A stretch of 64,000 bases of DNA. Origin: Raillietiella orientalis. Its lineage: Eukaryota. A program made the position numbers and the translations under genes. Below, piece by piece: positions 1 through 11,500 of the stretch. Where the stretch lies: NCBI GenBank assembly GCA_036172245.1, contig JAYWIR010000012.1, positions 3,286,001 to 3,350,000 of the forward strand, in the 5' to 3' direction. The stretch's first letter is position 1; each line of letters opens with the position of its first letter. Below the pieces are notes generated by a model that was given only the letters and a program-made list of their open reading frames with translations, was not told the DNA's origin and did no database searches.

Positions 1-275
1 CATTCTTCGATCTCCTCCTCCAGTCGATCCCGACGTCCTCCTCGCCAGGCCAGAAGAGAAAGTCCTTCGCCGACAGGAGGCGGTTCCTCCTTCACGGCAC
101 GCTCCCCCGGATGGGAAAAAGATGCTTCGTCGTCGTTCTTCGCCGAAGAACGCCGCTGCTTTTCGAAGCCTTCACGTTTCGGGGTGGCAGACTCCGCAGA
201 GGACGGAAATTCCGGGAAATTTCGGTCTCGAAAAGTGTGCACGTGAAGTGCATTAAACCACGAATAAGAGGTTAC
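1..275 (-). CDS. Candidate internal exon of an unidentified minus-strand gene (runs off the window edge)
   Basis: A polypyrimidine tract plus cctag acceptor lies at 276-300 on the minus strand. One frame is open to the window edge: VTSYSWFNALHVHTFRDRNFPEFPSSAESATPKREG...RLEEEIEE. No family recognised. Confidence 0.45.
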
Positions 276-335
276 CTAGGCAGAGAAAAAAAAAAAAAAA
301 GAAGAGGAAGAAACGGAACTCGTCGGAACACTCAC

Positions 336-388
336 TGCTTTTAGACAGGCGTGGTCGCTCGCCAGCTCTTTCAAATTGAACAAACATG
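336..388 (-). CDS. Candidate 53-nt exon of the same minus-strand gene
   Basis: tttcag acceptor and GTGAGT donor. The 60-nt intron (276-335) joins in phase 0 to the next exon: CLFNLKELASDHACLKA|VTSYSWF. Confidence 0.45.
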
Positions 389-632
389 CTGAAATGAAAC
401 CAAGTCGTTGTTCTTCCCAACTCGCAGAAAAATTACGATTCTACTAAAAGTCAAGGCCGACGATCACGCAACAACTGTCCCGGACAAAGGAACAAACTTC
501 CTCGGATATCAACGAATAATCCTGATGAGAATTTCAATGCTGAAATCGGGTATCTCGCAACACGCAAAGCGGAACATGTGAAGATGCACAGAACTTCTGC
601 CCGAGCCGAGAGCGTGTCTGCACTGTGAGCAC

Positions 633-643
633 TTTTTTTTTTT

Positions 644-673
<30 letters not shown>
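633..673. repeat. poly-T / (TTTC)n microsatellite
   Basis: Directly visible. Confidence 0.9.
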
Positions 674-683
<10 letters not shown>

Positions 684-870
684 CCCTCCCCCCCCTTCCC
701 CCTCCCCTCCCCCCGGATAAATTCTTGCCGGCTCCTAAAGTCTTTATTCTACAGAACTGACAAAAAAGTTATTCGAGTAAGTTTCTGCTTCGATGTTGGG
801 CTTCTTTGACAGCGAAGATGAATTTCTCTAGCTTTGGATTTCTTTTTCTCTTGAAAGAAAAGAAGTGGAA

Positions 871-897
871 GGAGGAGGAGGAGGAGGAGGAGGAGGA
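871..897. repeat. (GGA)n microsatellite
   Basis: Directly visible. Confidence 0.9.
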
Positions 898-3379
898 AAA
901 AACCGGAATTCTGAATACTCGTCTCATTAACACTGCTCAATTACATCGAGACTCCATATTTAGGCTATTTATCGATCGCGCGATTCATTTCTTCTGTTGC
1001 GACGGATGCGAGCGCGAGAGCAATGCTTTTTGAAACAATGGGATCCTTTGTGCTTTGTTGACGCGCGAAGTTTCCTAATGGAAAAGAAAACCGGCGACCC
1101 TCTTGCCATCCTCGCCAGCATCCCTCGAAATCTTTCGGCTTATCTTTTATGCACCACCAGTTACTTTATTCGTTAAAAGGACAAAAAGGAAAAAGAAGAG
1201 GGAGAAGAAAATCCATATCCCGCTGCGAAATGTATCTTCTCAGTCAGTGGTATCTGTTGCTCGAAGATCGTTCGATCTTCGCCCTTAATACGAGCCACCA
1301 CCCTTTCCCGAGCACGTCTTTCGGCGGGGTACACTCGCGTCTACCAGCGGTCCCTGCGGAAGCTGTACGCCGATCCTCGAGAAATAGTCTCGGTGCCGGC
1401 AGATCGGATTTCTTTTTAGCATTCAAGAGTCGTTTTCGGCTGCGGTAGACAAATAGGACGCTAATCATAAATACAAATATGATTTAGCTCTCCGGAATCT
1501 TCGCTTCGCGAAGTATTACTTCTACTTCTTCAGCGTCATTTGCATTCAGCCCATCTGCATTCTAGATTTGCAAAATGCTTCGAAATTTTCTCCAAGATGT
1601 GTTCATGCAACCCATGCCAATCTCAAAACAGGAATCCTCGTGTGGATGTTTGTTTTTTTTTTGTTTTTGCAAAAAACACACACACACACATACAAAACGC
1701 ATTCCTTTGGGCTTTTCTTTTCCCCTCCCCGTTCCCCGTTCCCAACTCAATTTAATTTACGCAATTTTAAATTAAAAAAAAACAAAAACACAATGCGACA
1801 TTCCCTCTCCTGAAGCCGAAGCCGAAATTTAGCACCCCCCCCCCCAAAAAAAAAACAACAACAAATTCTTACTTTCGCTTAGCTTTCCCTCCCTCTTCCT
1901 CCTCTCCCTATGTTGAAGTACACACGTGGACACGCAACATATAACATGGCCTAACGAATGAGCGATTCAGTACCAGACAGCAAATATAAGTATTTATTGG
2001 AAGGGGAGAGGGAGGTATCCCACTTCTTCGTAACTTACATTGCCACTTATCGTTTCATCCGGTCCGTGTAGTATGAAAATTCCGATTCCCGATGACGGAC
2101 TTTCACCGCAACCGTACCACGAAGTTACAGTACGTACCGTGGTGCAATGTACATTCCATAAACTGTGCTCGTCAGGGAAACGCCGTTGCCGACCGACAAA
2201 ATGCCTGACCCATCAATCAAGCAAGCACGCTTCCGGCGAGAGGAAATCCACGAACGAAGCTGAACGAAATAAGGTGAAGTGCTGGGAAGTGTGTTCGAAG
2301 GCAATCAAGTACGAAGGTATGCCACGTGTCGGGGAAGCACAGAAGCACGACGAGGATCGCACCTTGCCGCCAACACGGTATGGCACACGAAAGACGGCGT
2401 GAAACCCTGAAAACGCAAACACGGCAAAACCCTCATCCATTCTATTAGTCCACTGGCAGGAGTCCATTTCTTCCTCTTGCAACACGGTGGAACTCGGGAC
2501 ACTGCAAAACCAAAAAGGGAGAAAAAAAAAGAAGAGGAAAATCACACCTCACGCCACAACTGTTAGATTTATTTCAGATAGCCATCAAAGGGCACACTGC
2601 ATGTACGGGGCAGGCCTTCTGCATAAAGTAGAACATATACATGGAGTGAGCAGCCACTGTCCGCGCCATTCGTGTGAGCATGTAAGCTGCTGCGTGTCTC
2701 CGACTGGAGAGCCGTTGGTCGAAGGCACACTTCCTCGACGGGAGGAACGCAAAGACTGCATGCACCATTGGGAAGTGCCTCTCCGTTGTCATCGTAACAC
2801 CGATCATTGTGCGTATCTTACCACGCGACGGGCAGGGCAGAGAGACCCCCCCCCCCTTCCTCCTCCTGCCCACGCACGGCTCGGCGCATGCGCGCGGGAC
2901 GCACGGCTTTTGCGGAGCATCTCCTCCTAGGTCGCCGCTCTCGCACGAAGAGCGGCGCGAAGCACATGACGCAGGCGCCATGATTCGCCTGCCGGACGGA
3001 GGGCCCGCCGCGCGGATCGGGTCACGTCGGGCAGGCTGAGGCGATGCGTGCGTGGAAGGGGGGGTATCCCGCCCCGCCGCCGACAGGTCGCGATGGGAGC
3101 CGACCCCGCCGCGGAAGACATGCGACGAGGGCCGCCGCTGTCTGTCTGCACCTCCTTGGGAAGGCGTCTCCGAGGGATGCGTGTCCTTCAAAGGAAAGTT
3201 GCCACGGCAGCCGTTTCGCATCGGAGGGAGGCGCACTGAAGGGCCGAGAGCATGCCGCCGTCTCCCCTGCATCCTCGGACGTGAAAAAACATGACCGGTG
3301 GACACACTTTTCGGTGTGACCGGCCTGAGTAACGTGAGGCCTTCTTCACATTACAGCGAGCTCGAAGGCGATGAGCATC

Positions 3380-3720
3380 TCAACAGTTCAGTGTGGGATG
3401 CTGCCAAGGGACCTGCCAAGGAACGCGCTGGTCCTCATTGCCGGAAGCCATGACCGCTTCCTGACCGCACGGAGACCACGGCCTCTGTTCTGCGACGATC
3501 GCGCATAGCTGTCCCTCGACCTCCCGGAAGATCGCAGTCGGCATGGAAGCGGCAGCCGGTGGATTCCTCGAGATCACGTCAGCTTTCCTTCGTGAGCGAG
3601 GAGACCGTCTCGTCTTCGCGACGACCTTAAACAGCTGCAGCGACGAAAGGCGGTTCAATCATTCCCCTCGCAAGCAAACGCATTTTCCATAGCAGAGACG
3701 ATGAAGGGATTGCTTCTCCC
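3380..3720 (-). mobile_element. Decayed non-LTR reverse transcriptase fragment
   Basis: The translation LNRLSSLQLFKVVAK...KADVISRNP resembles the LINE RT motif (YRPISLL..YKI.AK...L..VIS.NQ). It contains a stop and is heavily diverged. Confidence 0.4.
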
Positions 3721-5261
3721 CTTCTAGGAAGGGGCCCTTGTGGTTTCTCCTCTTCGGACTTTCAGCAGAGCCTTTCGCTTTTCTCTGTCCGTCGCGCGCG
3801 ACCCCGAGGCTTTCTTGTCCCTCAGAGACTTCCCCCCCCCCGATGACCACACCACGAGCCGACGAATCCTTGCTTCTCCAACGGGATGAAACGATTCTCG
3901 GGAGCTGTACGCAGGCATCAATTGCGGCGGCTGCCAATGAAGGCAATTTTTTTTTTTTTTCCCGCCACGTGTCGGAGCAGCGGAAGGGGAAACTACCTGT
4001 AGCCCAAGTCTGCACCTCTCAGCCTGTGTTCCGTGCTAAATGCTCCCTCGGCTTGCTCCCACAGCACATGTGACTTTTCCCTCTTCCTCCTCCCAACCCG
4101 AGAGCCGTTCGAAATTACTTCCGAAGGCTTTCTCCAGGGATCAAGCTTTTATCTATCCTTCATTGGATTTTTGGACTCCTCCAGCTCTCTTTTCCCCTCG
4201 TGCTGTTTTCCGAGTTTTTCACGCCTGCGCCCACACGGACAGCGTTCCCGCAGGAGCGCGCGTGCGCAGAGGCGAACGTGGGAGCGCGCAACACCCTCGT
4301 TCGCTCGGTACTTGGGACAGGGCAGCAGTAGGCGCGCACGCACACGCGGGATGGTCCGTCGTGCGGGAACGTGGTCAACGCGCGGTCGCCTCGCTTCGGG
4401 CGGATTCGCGGAGCGTCTCTCTCCTCAAAAGAGTTGCACCTCCACGCGTGGCAGCAGTTCCCCCGTCAGCCGGACCCCGAAACTTCGATGGCCTTCGGGG
4501 TCGAAGTGGTGCGCGCGAGCGCGCCGTCGGCAGGGTGGCTCATCTCATTGAGTGCGTGAGAAGTCCTCATCGGTACTTATCGCTTACACTCCCTCTTCCG
4601 TAAAGCGTTAATGAACTCGCGATGCGGCAGCGGCCACCAGCGAGACGCGATGACAGAAAAGGCCGACGAAAACTGAGAACGGAACACGCGTTCTCGGTGC
4701 CTGCTTCTTGCATCTTCAACTTTCTTCCAGAGCTTCTGTAGCGCCGCTTCCGGTGTTTGTTCCCGCTGCAGACTTTTTCCTAACGGCGTCGGCATGCTCT
4801 GGAAAATTCCATAAGCAGCGACGAGTGTGTTCTTCCTCGCCCTTCTTTCATGTCTCATTTTCTGCCTAATTTGCAGGGAGAATCCTTCTTCCTCGTCAGT
4901 TCCCGAGCTTGCTAATCCTGAGCACAGAAAGTGTTTACGGTGTTTAGGGGGGACTCGTTCCCAACACAAAGTCTTCCGACGGGAGCCCAGCAATCCCCAG
5001 CCGCTCGAAGTAGGGCGAATTCTGCGCATGGATTAAGAGGCGTGGGCTCTCGCTTCTCCGGCGATACGTTCGTTTCGGTGTTCCTCCGGCCTATTTGGGA
5101 AGGAAAGGAGGAAGGCAGATGGGGAGCATTCCTTCTCCTTTTCGATCTCGTGCGGAAGAGTCGCGAAGGCGCGTTTCGGTAATCGGGTTTTCTTTCTTTC
5201 TTTTTTTTTCTTGTTCGCTGACTAGTCGAGAACCCGTTGGTCTGGAGGCTCACGCAGCTCT

Positions 5262-5510
5262 TTGACACTGCTCCACGATTCCTGGTAAGGGGACCATTCC
5301 GGAAGGACCTTGGAGCAATCCTGGCATCGGGAACATCCGGTTTTTTACCGTTGCCTGACCCGGTTATGGGAAACCAGCGCCATTTTGCGGGAGAGGGGCT
5401 CGAAACCCACGACGCACCCATTTCTCTGGAGTGGATCCTTCCCCGGGTGGGATTCGAACCCGCGACGCTTGGTGCCACACGCAAGGCCGCCTTGGCCTCC
5501 AGCGCGGGCA
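5262..5510 (-). mobile_element. tRNA-headed SINE-like element, copy A (5' part only)
   Basis: B-box GGTTCGAATCC (reverse complement at 5450-5460) and a second B-box-like motif about 50 nt downstream. Head and start of body align with the copies at 35322 and 44732. Confidence 0.65.
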
Positions 5511-8500
5511 AGCCGCGCGCGTAGTTAGGTCCCAGGGCCCGCGTCAGGAAGAGTCCACTTACGACACCGCCCCGCTGCGTGTTCCGTCGTCGAACGCAAG
5601 CACGCCGGGGAGTCCTGGGCGCCCGACACCCGGGCGAGAGAGGTCCACGAGGAGAACACACACATGCACAAAAAAGATGAAAACACTGTTCCACTCCGCA
5701 CACACAATCCAACTTGCTCGGCAGCACAGCACGCCCGCGGACGCCATGACACCTGCGATGCGCAACAATGGAACGCCTCCCTTCCCCTCCGGCGCCCGCT
5801 TACGCACAAACGCCATCTTCAGCAAGTGCTGCTTATTGCTGCTTTTAATTCAATGGACGGGCGGGCGTTCGCGCCCTTGACGTCCGCTTTTTCGCGTGCT
5901 CTTTTTTTTTTTTTCCTGTCTGTTGTTGTTGTTTGTTTCCTTTTATGGTCTTCTTTAATGGGGAGGAAAACGTCTCTCCCTCTGTTTTTTTTTTCCCTTC
6001 CCCCCCCCCCTTCTTTTTTTCTTTTTCGTATTCTGCAGAAGGAAAAGCAGCCTCTTTTCCGCTTCGCACCGTGGACCGTGCGTAAGCCTGCGTGGCCCCG
6101 CGGCGGCCACCCGCAAGCGCGCGCACCGCTTGCCCTCCGGTTCCTTCCGATCTCTTCGGGACGACCTCTGAGACGCGAGTCCTTTACGAGCACTAAATCG
6201 GAACGGATGGCCCAGCCGGCTACCGTTTAGCCACGTGGCAGAATTGAATTATCCGCGTTAGGAGGGCGGAAGTATCTGGCGCTTGTCAAAACCCGGAATT
6301 TGCTGCGGCCCCGCTCCCTTTTCGAGCGCTTCCCGGACGGTTTCGCGCCGATTCCCTCTCGGGATGCTCTGGGACTTCTTTTTTCCCGCGCGTCCCTTCC
6401 CCCCCCCTTCCCCCTCCTTCCACGGTTGCAGCTCCCCCGTGTTGTGTTAGAGAGAGCTCCTCCTCCCTCTTCGGGTGCCTCCCGTCACCCGGGTTCCCCG
6501 CTGGCCGGCCCAGAAGCGCCCCGCGGGTACCGCCACTGCTACGCTCCGCAGAAGGCCTCTCTCCCGCTGCTCCGCGGGAGGATTTCCTCCTTCGCCCCCT
6601 TCCCAGGAAAAGAAAGGGGGAGGAGGAAACGACCTCCATCGGCCATTTCCGAGGAGCCGGTTGCCCGGAAGTACGGCGTTCCCCCTCCCCTTTCCCTCAG
6701 TTCGCCGTCCGCAGTCTCTTGCGGAGGGATGCGCGAACACCGCGCGTGACCCGAGCGCGGGGGATCCGAAACGGAAGGCAGTGGGGACCCGGGGATGAGG
6801 GAGCAGGGGAGGGCAGAGGGCGCAAAGCCTCCTCAGCCATCCGCTACGCGTCCATGACGCACTACGCCGCCCCTACCTGGCTGCGCGCAGAGAGGCGCCG
6901 CTCTTCGTGGCACCGACGACTTCTTCCGATGACTGCCTCGCCGGAAGAAGTTCCCTGACATCGAGGGTGGGACCTCTGCGGAGACGCAGACGCGCTCCCG
7001 AGGAAAAGCGAGGGGAGGGGAGGCAAAGGGTCTGTCGGCCGGTCATGACCTGGAAGACAGGCTGAGCACCCCGCAGGTGGCGCTCTGCACCCGCTTCACT
7101 TGGCCAGCGGGGATGCGTCCTGCGAGGAGGCGCGCGCGTGTCGTTTGGCCTGCCCGTGGGCAGCTCCACCACGGGAGGTCTCGAGGTGAGGGGCGGGCGC
7201 TTTCCCCCTGTCCCACCCTTCTTCCGGTCGGGCTCTGGACAGCAGTCGTCGCCAGGGAGTGCGGAGTCTCTTCGAGCAGGCCGCGAAGGCGTGCCGCTGT
7301 GCGCCCTTCGAGGGCGGAGTGGCAGAGGATCAACCTTCCCAGATGAAGTTGGAGGTCAAGCGCCCAGGGGCGTCGTCGCACTGCCCCGGTCACGGCGGCG
7401 AATCGCTGGGGGTGCAGTCGGAAGAGTCGGCCACCGACCGCCGCACGAAGGTGTCTCCGTCACAGAGGTGGGACGGGGCGAGAGGCACCCGGGGACCTGC
7501 GCGCGCCCACTGGAGGAAGTGTCGGGCGAACGGCCCGCCTCCCGACCGGTGAATGGATAGGGGTCAGCCCACCCTGCTTCTAGGCCCTTTTGCGTCGAGA
7601 AGCGTTGTCGCGGCCCCCATGAGTCTTCCCTGCGAATCTCCCTTGTCGACCATGAATTCCTGTCGGGAAACGGGCAGAGAGGGGAAGGGAAGAGCTTCGG
7701 AGAGGTCGCCGAGGATCGGCCCGACCCGCCGACGGCAGCCGTTCCTGTCGCGCCTGGACTCCGCTCCCTTCCTCGCCTCCTCCCCCGCCATGAGGTCGGG
7801 GAGAGAAGAGGGCCTGGAAGGGAGGTCCTGAGAAGAGTTGGGACCACGTGACAGGCAGACACCCCTTCCCAGCGGCGTCGCGCTCGGGGGGGGGGGGGGT
7901 ACTGGCGCCTTTTTTTTTCCAGTCGAGAGGCTTCCTGCCCTCTCGGGGAATCCAAGACGTTTGCCGGCCAGAAGAGCCGCCGTCCACAGAGCGATGTGCG
8001 ACTCCCGGAGGAACTCCTTCAGGGTCACCAGCTAACTGGCGATGATGGAGTTCCTCCGGGAGCGCGGCATGCATCCGACCCCGGATCCAGCTCTCGGTCA
8101 ATCCCCCGGTTTTCAAGAGGCCTTTGGAGGGCACCTCCGTCTCAGAAGTGGCCTCCTCATCCCTTACCCCGAGGTTCTGCGACGTGGAGGTCGCGGAGCG
8201 GCGCACGCGGAGGCGGCGAAGAGAGAAGGAAAGGCCGAATGGCGGAACTTCCATCGCGTTCCACGAGCGCGGCTTCCTTGGAGCCCCGTCCTTCCTTCCT
8301 CCGCCGGCTCCAGCTCTCCTGATTCCGCCCAGAAGAGCGTTCCCTTTCCCTGAGGATTTCTCCGGAAGTCCAGGCATCATTCTCCCCCCTCCCCGCCTTA
8401 CTTCTCTTCTTCCCCTCTGGTGGTCGCGTCAAGGAGCGAAGCGGAGTTCAGGAGGGGCGCGCGCGCGACTCTTCCTTCCTCTCCAGGGGTCGGTCGCGCG

Positions 8501-11500
8501 CGCGAAAGAGTCGGCGGAGACGGGCCAGCTGCACTTGCCCCCTGGCGGCCGTGCCCTCTCGCCGGCAAGGCGTTGCGCGCTGACGTTGGCGAGGAGACGG
8601 AAGGCAAACAGGGACATTGGCGGCTCCCCTCGGAAAAAGACAAGCAGCAGCACATCCCGGCCATTAGGCGGAGTCGCGGCGACCATAAAGTCTGTTTTCG
8701 CTTCCGCGGAGATGCGATGCGAGGTCCATTCGTCTGTTTGTTTTCCCGGAACGGCGATGCACGTGCCATTTGCGGTCGCTCGGTTACTCACTTGGTGACC
8801 GTGCAAGTGTGCCCGAGAGACGGAGACACACACACACGCAAAAAAAAAGCAGGAAGGGAGCGAGTGAGAGGCGCGTTCCGGAAGAATCCCTCTATTTTCC
8901 TCGGAACGCGCGTCATCACATGTGGGAAAAACCAACAACAACACGCTGGCTGAGTGGTGAGGGAGCTGCTGCTGCTGCTGCTGAGGAAAGGGAGTTGGAG
9001 GCACGGTCGCTGCGTGCCCTCCGTCCGTCACTCGTCCGGTAGGCAGCGAGGGAGCAGCATCGACGACGGCGACGACAAAAGGGAATAGAAGAAAGAAAAA
9101 AGAAAAGAAAAAGGGGGGAGAGGGGAGGGGGACGGAGGAAAAGATGCCTTGCACCACATGGAAGGATTCCCTCCCGTTCCGCCTCCATCAGAGTCCCGGT
9201 GCTTTAAATCGATATTTGAAGTTATGCAAAAACCGAAAACGAAACGCTTGGGCGAGGCGCGCGCGCCCGCGGCTTCGAGCAGGCGGGCTGTTCCAACGAG
9301 TTGCATCCACAAGCGTGGCGGCGGCGGGGAGAAAGAGAGAGATAGGGAGAGAGGGGGGAGGGGGGGGGGGGGAAGCGACAGGAAGGAAGAATCTCCGAAG
9401 TTCCTTTGACCGCTTCCATTCCGCCGGCTCTTATGGCGAAACAAAAGCGAAACGTCAAACAAATTGAAGAGCCCGCTGTTCCCTGTTCCTTCCGCGTCGC
9501 GAGCGGGTCTTCCCGAACTTTTGCTTTTGCGAGTCCTCCCTCGTACGGACTGGCGATAAAAACGATCATCGCTTTCGCGTTCGCGGCTGCTGCCGCCTCC
9601 CGAGCTGGGCGGAGCGATGGGCAGAGGCGCCTCTGCCCGGCGGGAGCCGCGAGGACGTCTTAGCTTTCTCGCTGCTGCCTTTTTTGGGGCGCGAGCAGAG
9701 GGGGGGGGGAGCCAAAGACGTCGGGGGCCCCTCTTCCCACCCTCCCTCCACCGCACGCATCCCGCTAGCGCGAGCCGCTGACCGGTGGCGGAGGCGCGCC
9801 GCACCGGACCGAAGGTACGCGGCAGCCAGCGGGGTGGCCGGGACGCGCGGCTCGCGTTCCCGAAAATTCCTCGCGCCCCGTCCTCCTCTTCCTTCCTTCC
9901 GTTCGACGTAACAATGCACGGGCGCTGATGAATTTTTGATTTTCGTTTTCAAGATGGCCGACTTCATGAACAATGCATCCCGATCTTAATTGCGATTATA
10001 ATCGCTTTCGTGTTTTGTCCGATTTCATGCATATGATAGCAAGCCAAATTACGCGTTCATTTTAAAAGCCATTTTTACATCACGATATCTCCATGGAAAC
10101 AGAGAACGTACCGGATCGCAATTTTGCAGTGTTCTCCGAAAAATCAGCTGATAGGCTCCGCAGATAAGGACGGAGCATACACCTGTGGAGTGTTATTTAT
10201 GCGTATCGATTACTCCGTTGGAGTGTTTCGCGAAAAACGGCGCCTTCCGTTTTATTATTTTGTTTGGAAATCGCGAGCGTTAAATTTGCTTACGGGACGG
10301 AAACGCGCTAATCGCCAGCGCCGGCCGCTGCGGGTTTTACGGCGCCGTGCAGCGCTCCCGGGAGCAGCGGAAGGAGGAGGAACGGGATGCACGAGGCGGT
10401 GGACGGCGACCAGTCCTCCGTCGCACCCGCCTCCGGCTCGCTTGAGGAGGTGCGGCGCCGCCGCTTCCCGGCTCTCTGCCGACTTGCGGACCCTTCCCCC
10501 CCATTCCCATCCCTTCTTCCCGCACCTGGACGCAACCCACTGGTGACGCTTCCGCGCAGTTGGCCTCGCGCGCAGGCGCGCGCGCGGACATCCCACCCGT
10601 CAAGTGCCCTCCCCCCCCCCCGCCGGTGTGCTGCCGCCTCGCTCTGGGAGGGGGAGGGGGGGCGACCACTTTGGTTCGGGGTCCGCTAGCTGAGGGGCTG
10701 TGGGCAGCTCCTGAAGCTCCCGCTCGAGGTGATCTCGCACGATCCGTTCGCCCAGGAGACTGAGCGTCCCTTACCCCCCCGTTCGGCCTTCTGCGTAGTC
10801 GTCCCTGCCCTTAGCTCTCCCACAGGAAAGGGACGCGAAGGTTAGTTGTTCCCAATCCGCCCCCATTCCTACTCCCTTGGAATGGGGGAAGACGGTGGTG
10901 CGCGCCTCCACCCGTCCGCTCATCCCGCAGGAGAGGTAAGAGTCTTCGCCTCCTGCAAGAGTCCCGGGGATCGCATCTCGCGCTCCCCTCTTCCGGAAAC
11001 GGGAAGCGGCGAGAACGTCGAGCTCTCGTGGGAGCGCTAGGGGGCGGGCAGAGAGTCCGCTGCGAAGGAACCCCTTCCTTCAGGGATGGCTTGCGGGTTA
11101 CCGACTTCGTCCCTGGAGGGACAAGAAGGGTGGGAGAATTCACCCTGATGAAGATGGGAGCAACCCCCCTCCTCCGCCCTCCCCTTCTCACTTCCCTTTC
11201 CCTCGTGGGAACCCGCGGATCCGAGGAGTGGGACGGGAATTTCGTCTGCGCGGATGCCCCACGTGGGGTGCAGCGTGCCGACCCTGACGACAACGGACCG
11301 CAGTGGTCCAAAGGAGGACGGCAGGACCTCCGCGCGCCCCTGTGAAGCGGAGGCTGACCCCAGGGAAAAAAGGTGGGGGAGGGGAGACGTCCATCCCCCG
11401 GGGTGGGTGGGGCAACAGAGGGAACTGCTTCTCCTGGACCGGAAGCGGGGGGTTAGGATGGAGGAACCGGAGCCTACCCGCTCTCTTTCCCTCCAGGTTG

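Noticed and set aside
2209..2219. Pbx-Hox-type sites (TGATTGATGG on the minus strand here; TGATTTAT at 15553)
   Set aside because: Single short motifs, compatible with chance in 64 kb, with no supporting context.
4577..5029. Protein-like minus-strand ORF (AALQKLWKKVEDARSRHRE...)
   Set aside because: It may be a LINE ORF2 C-terminus, but no diagnostic motif is present, so it is too weak to call.
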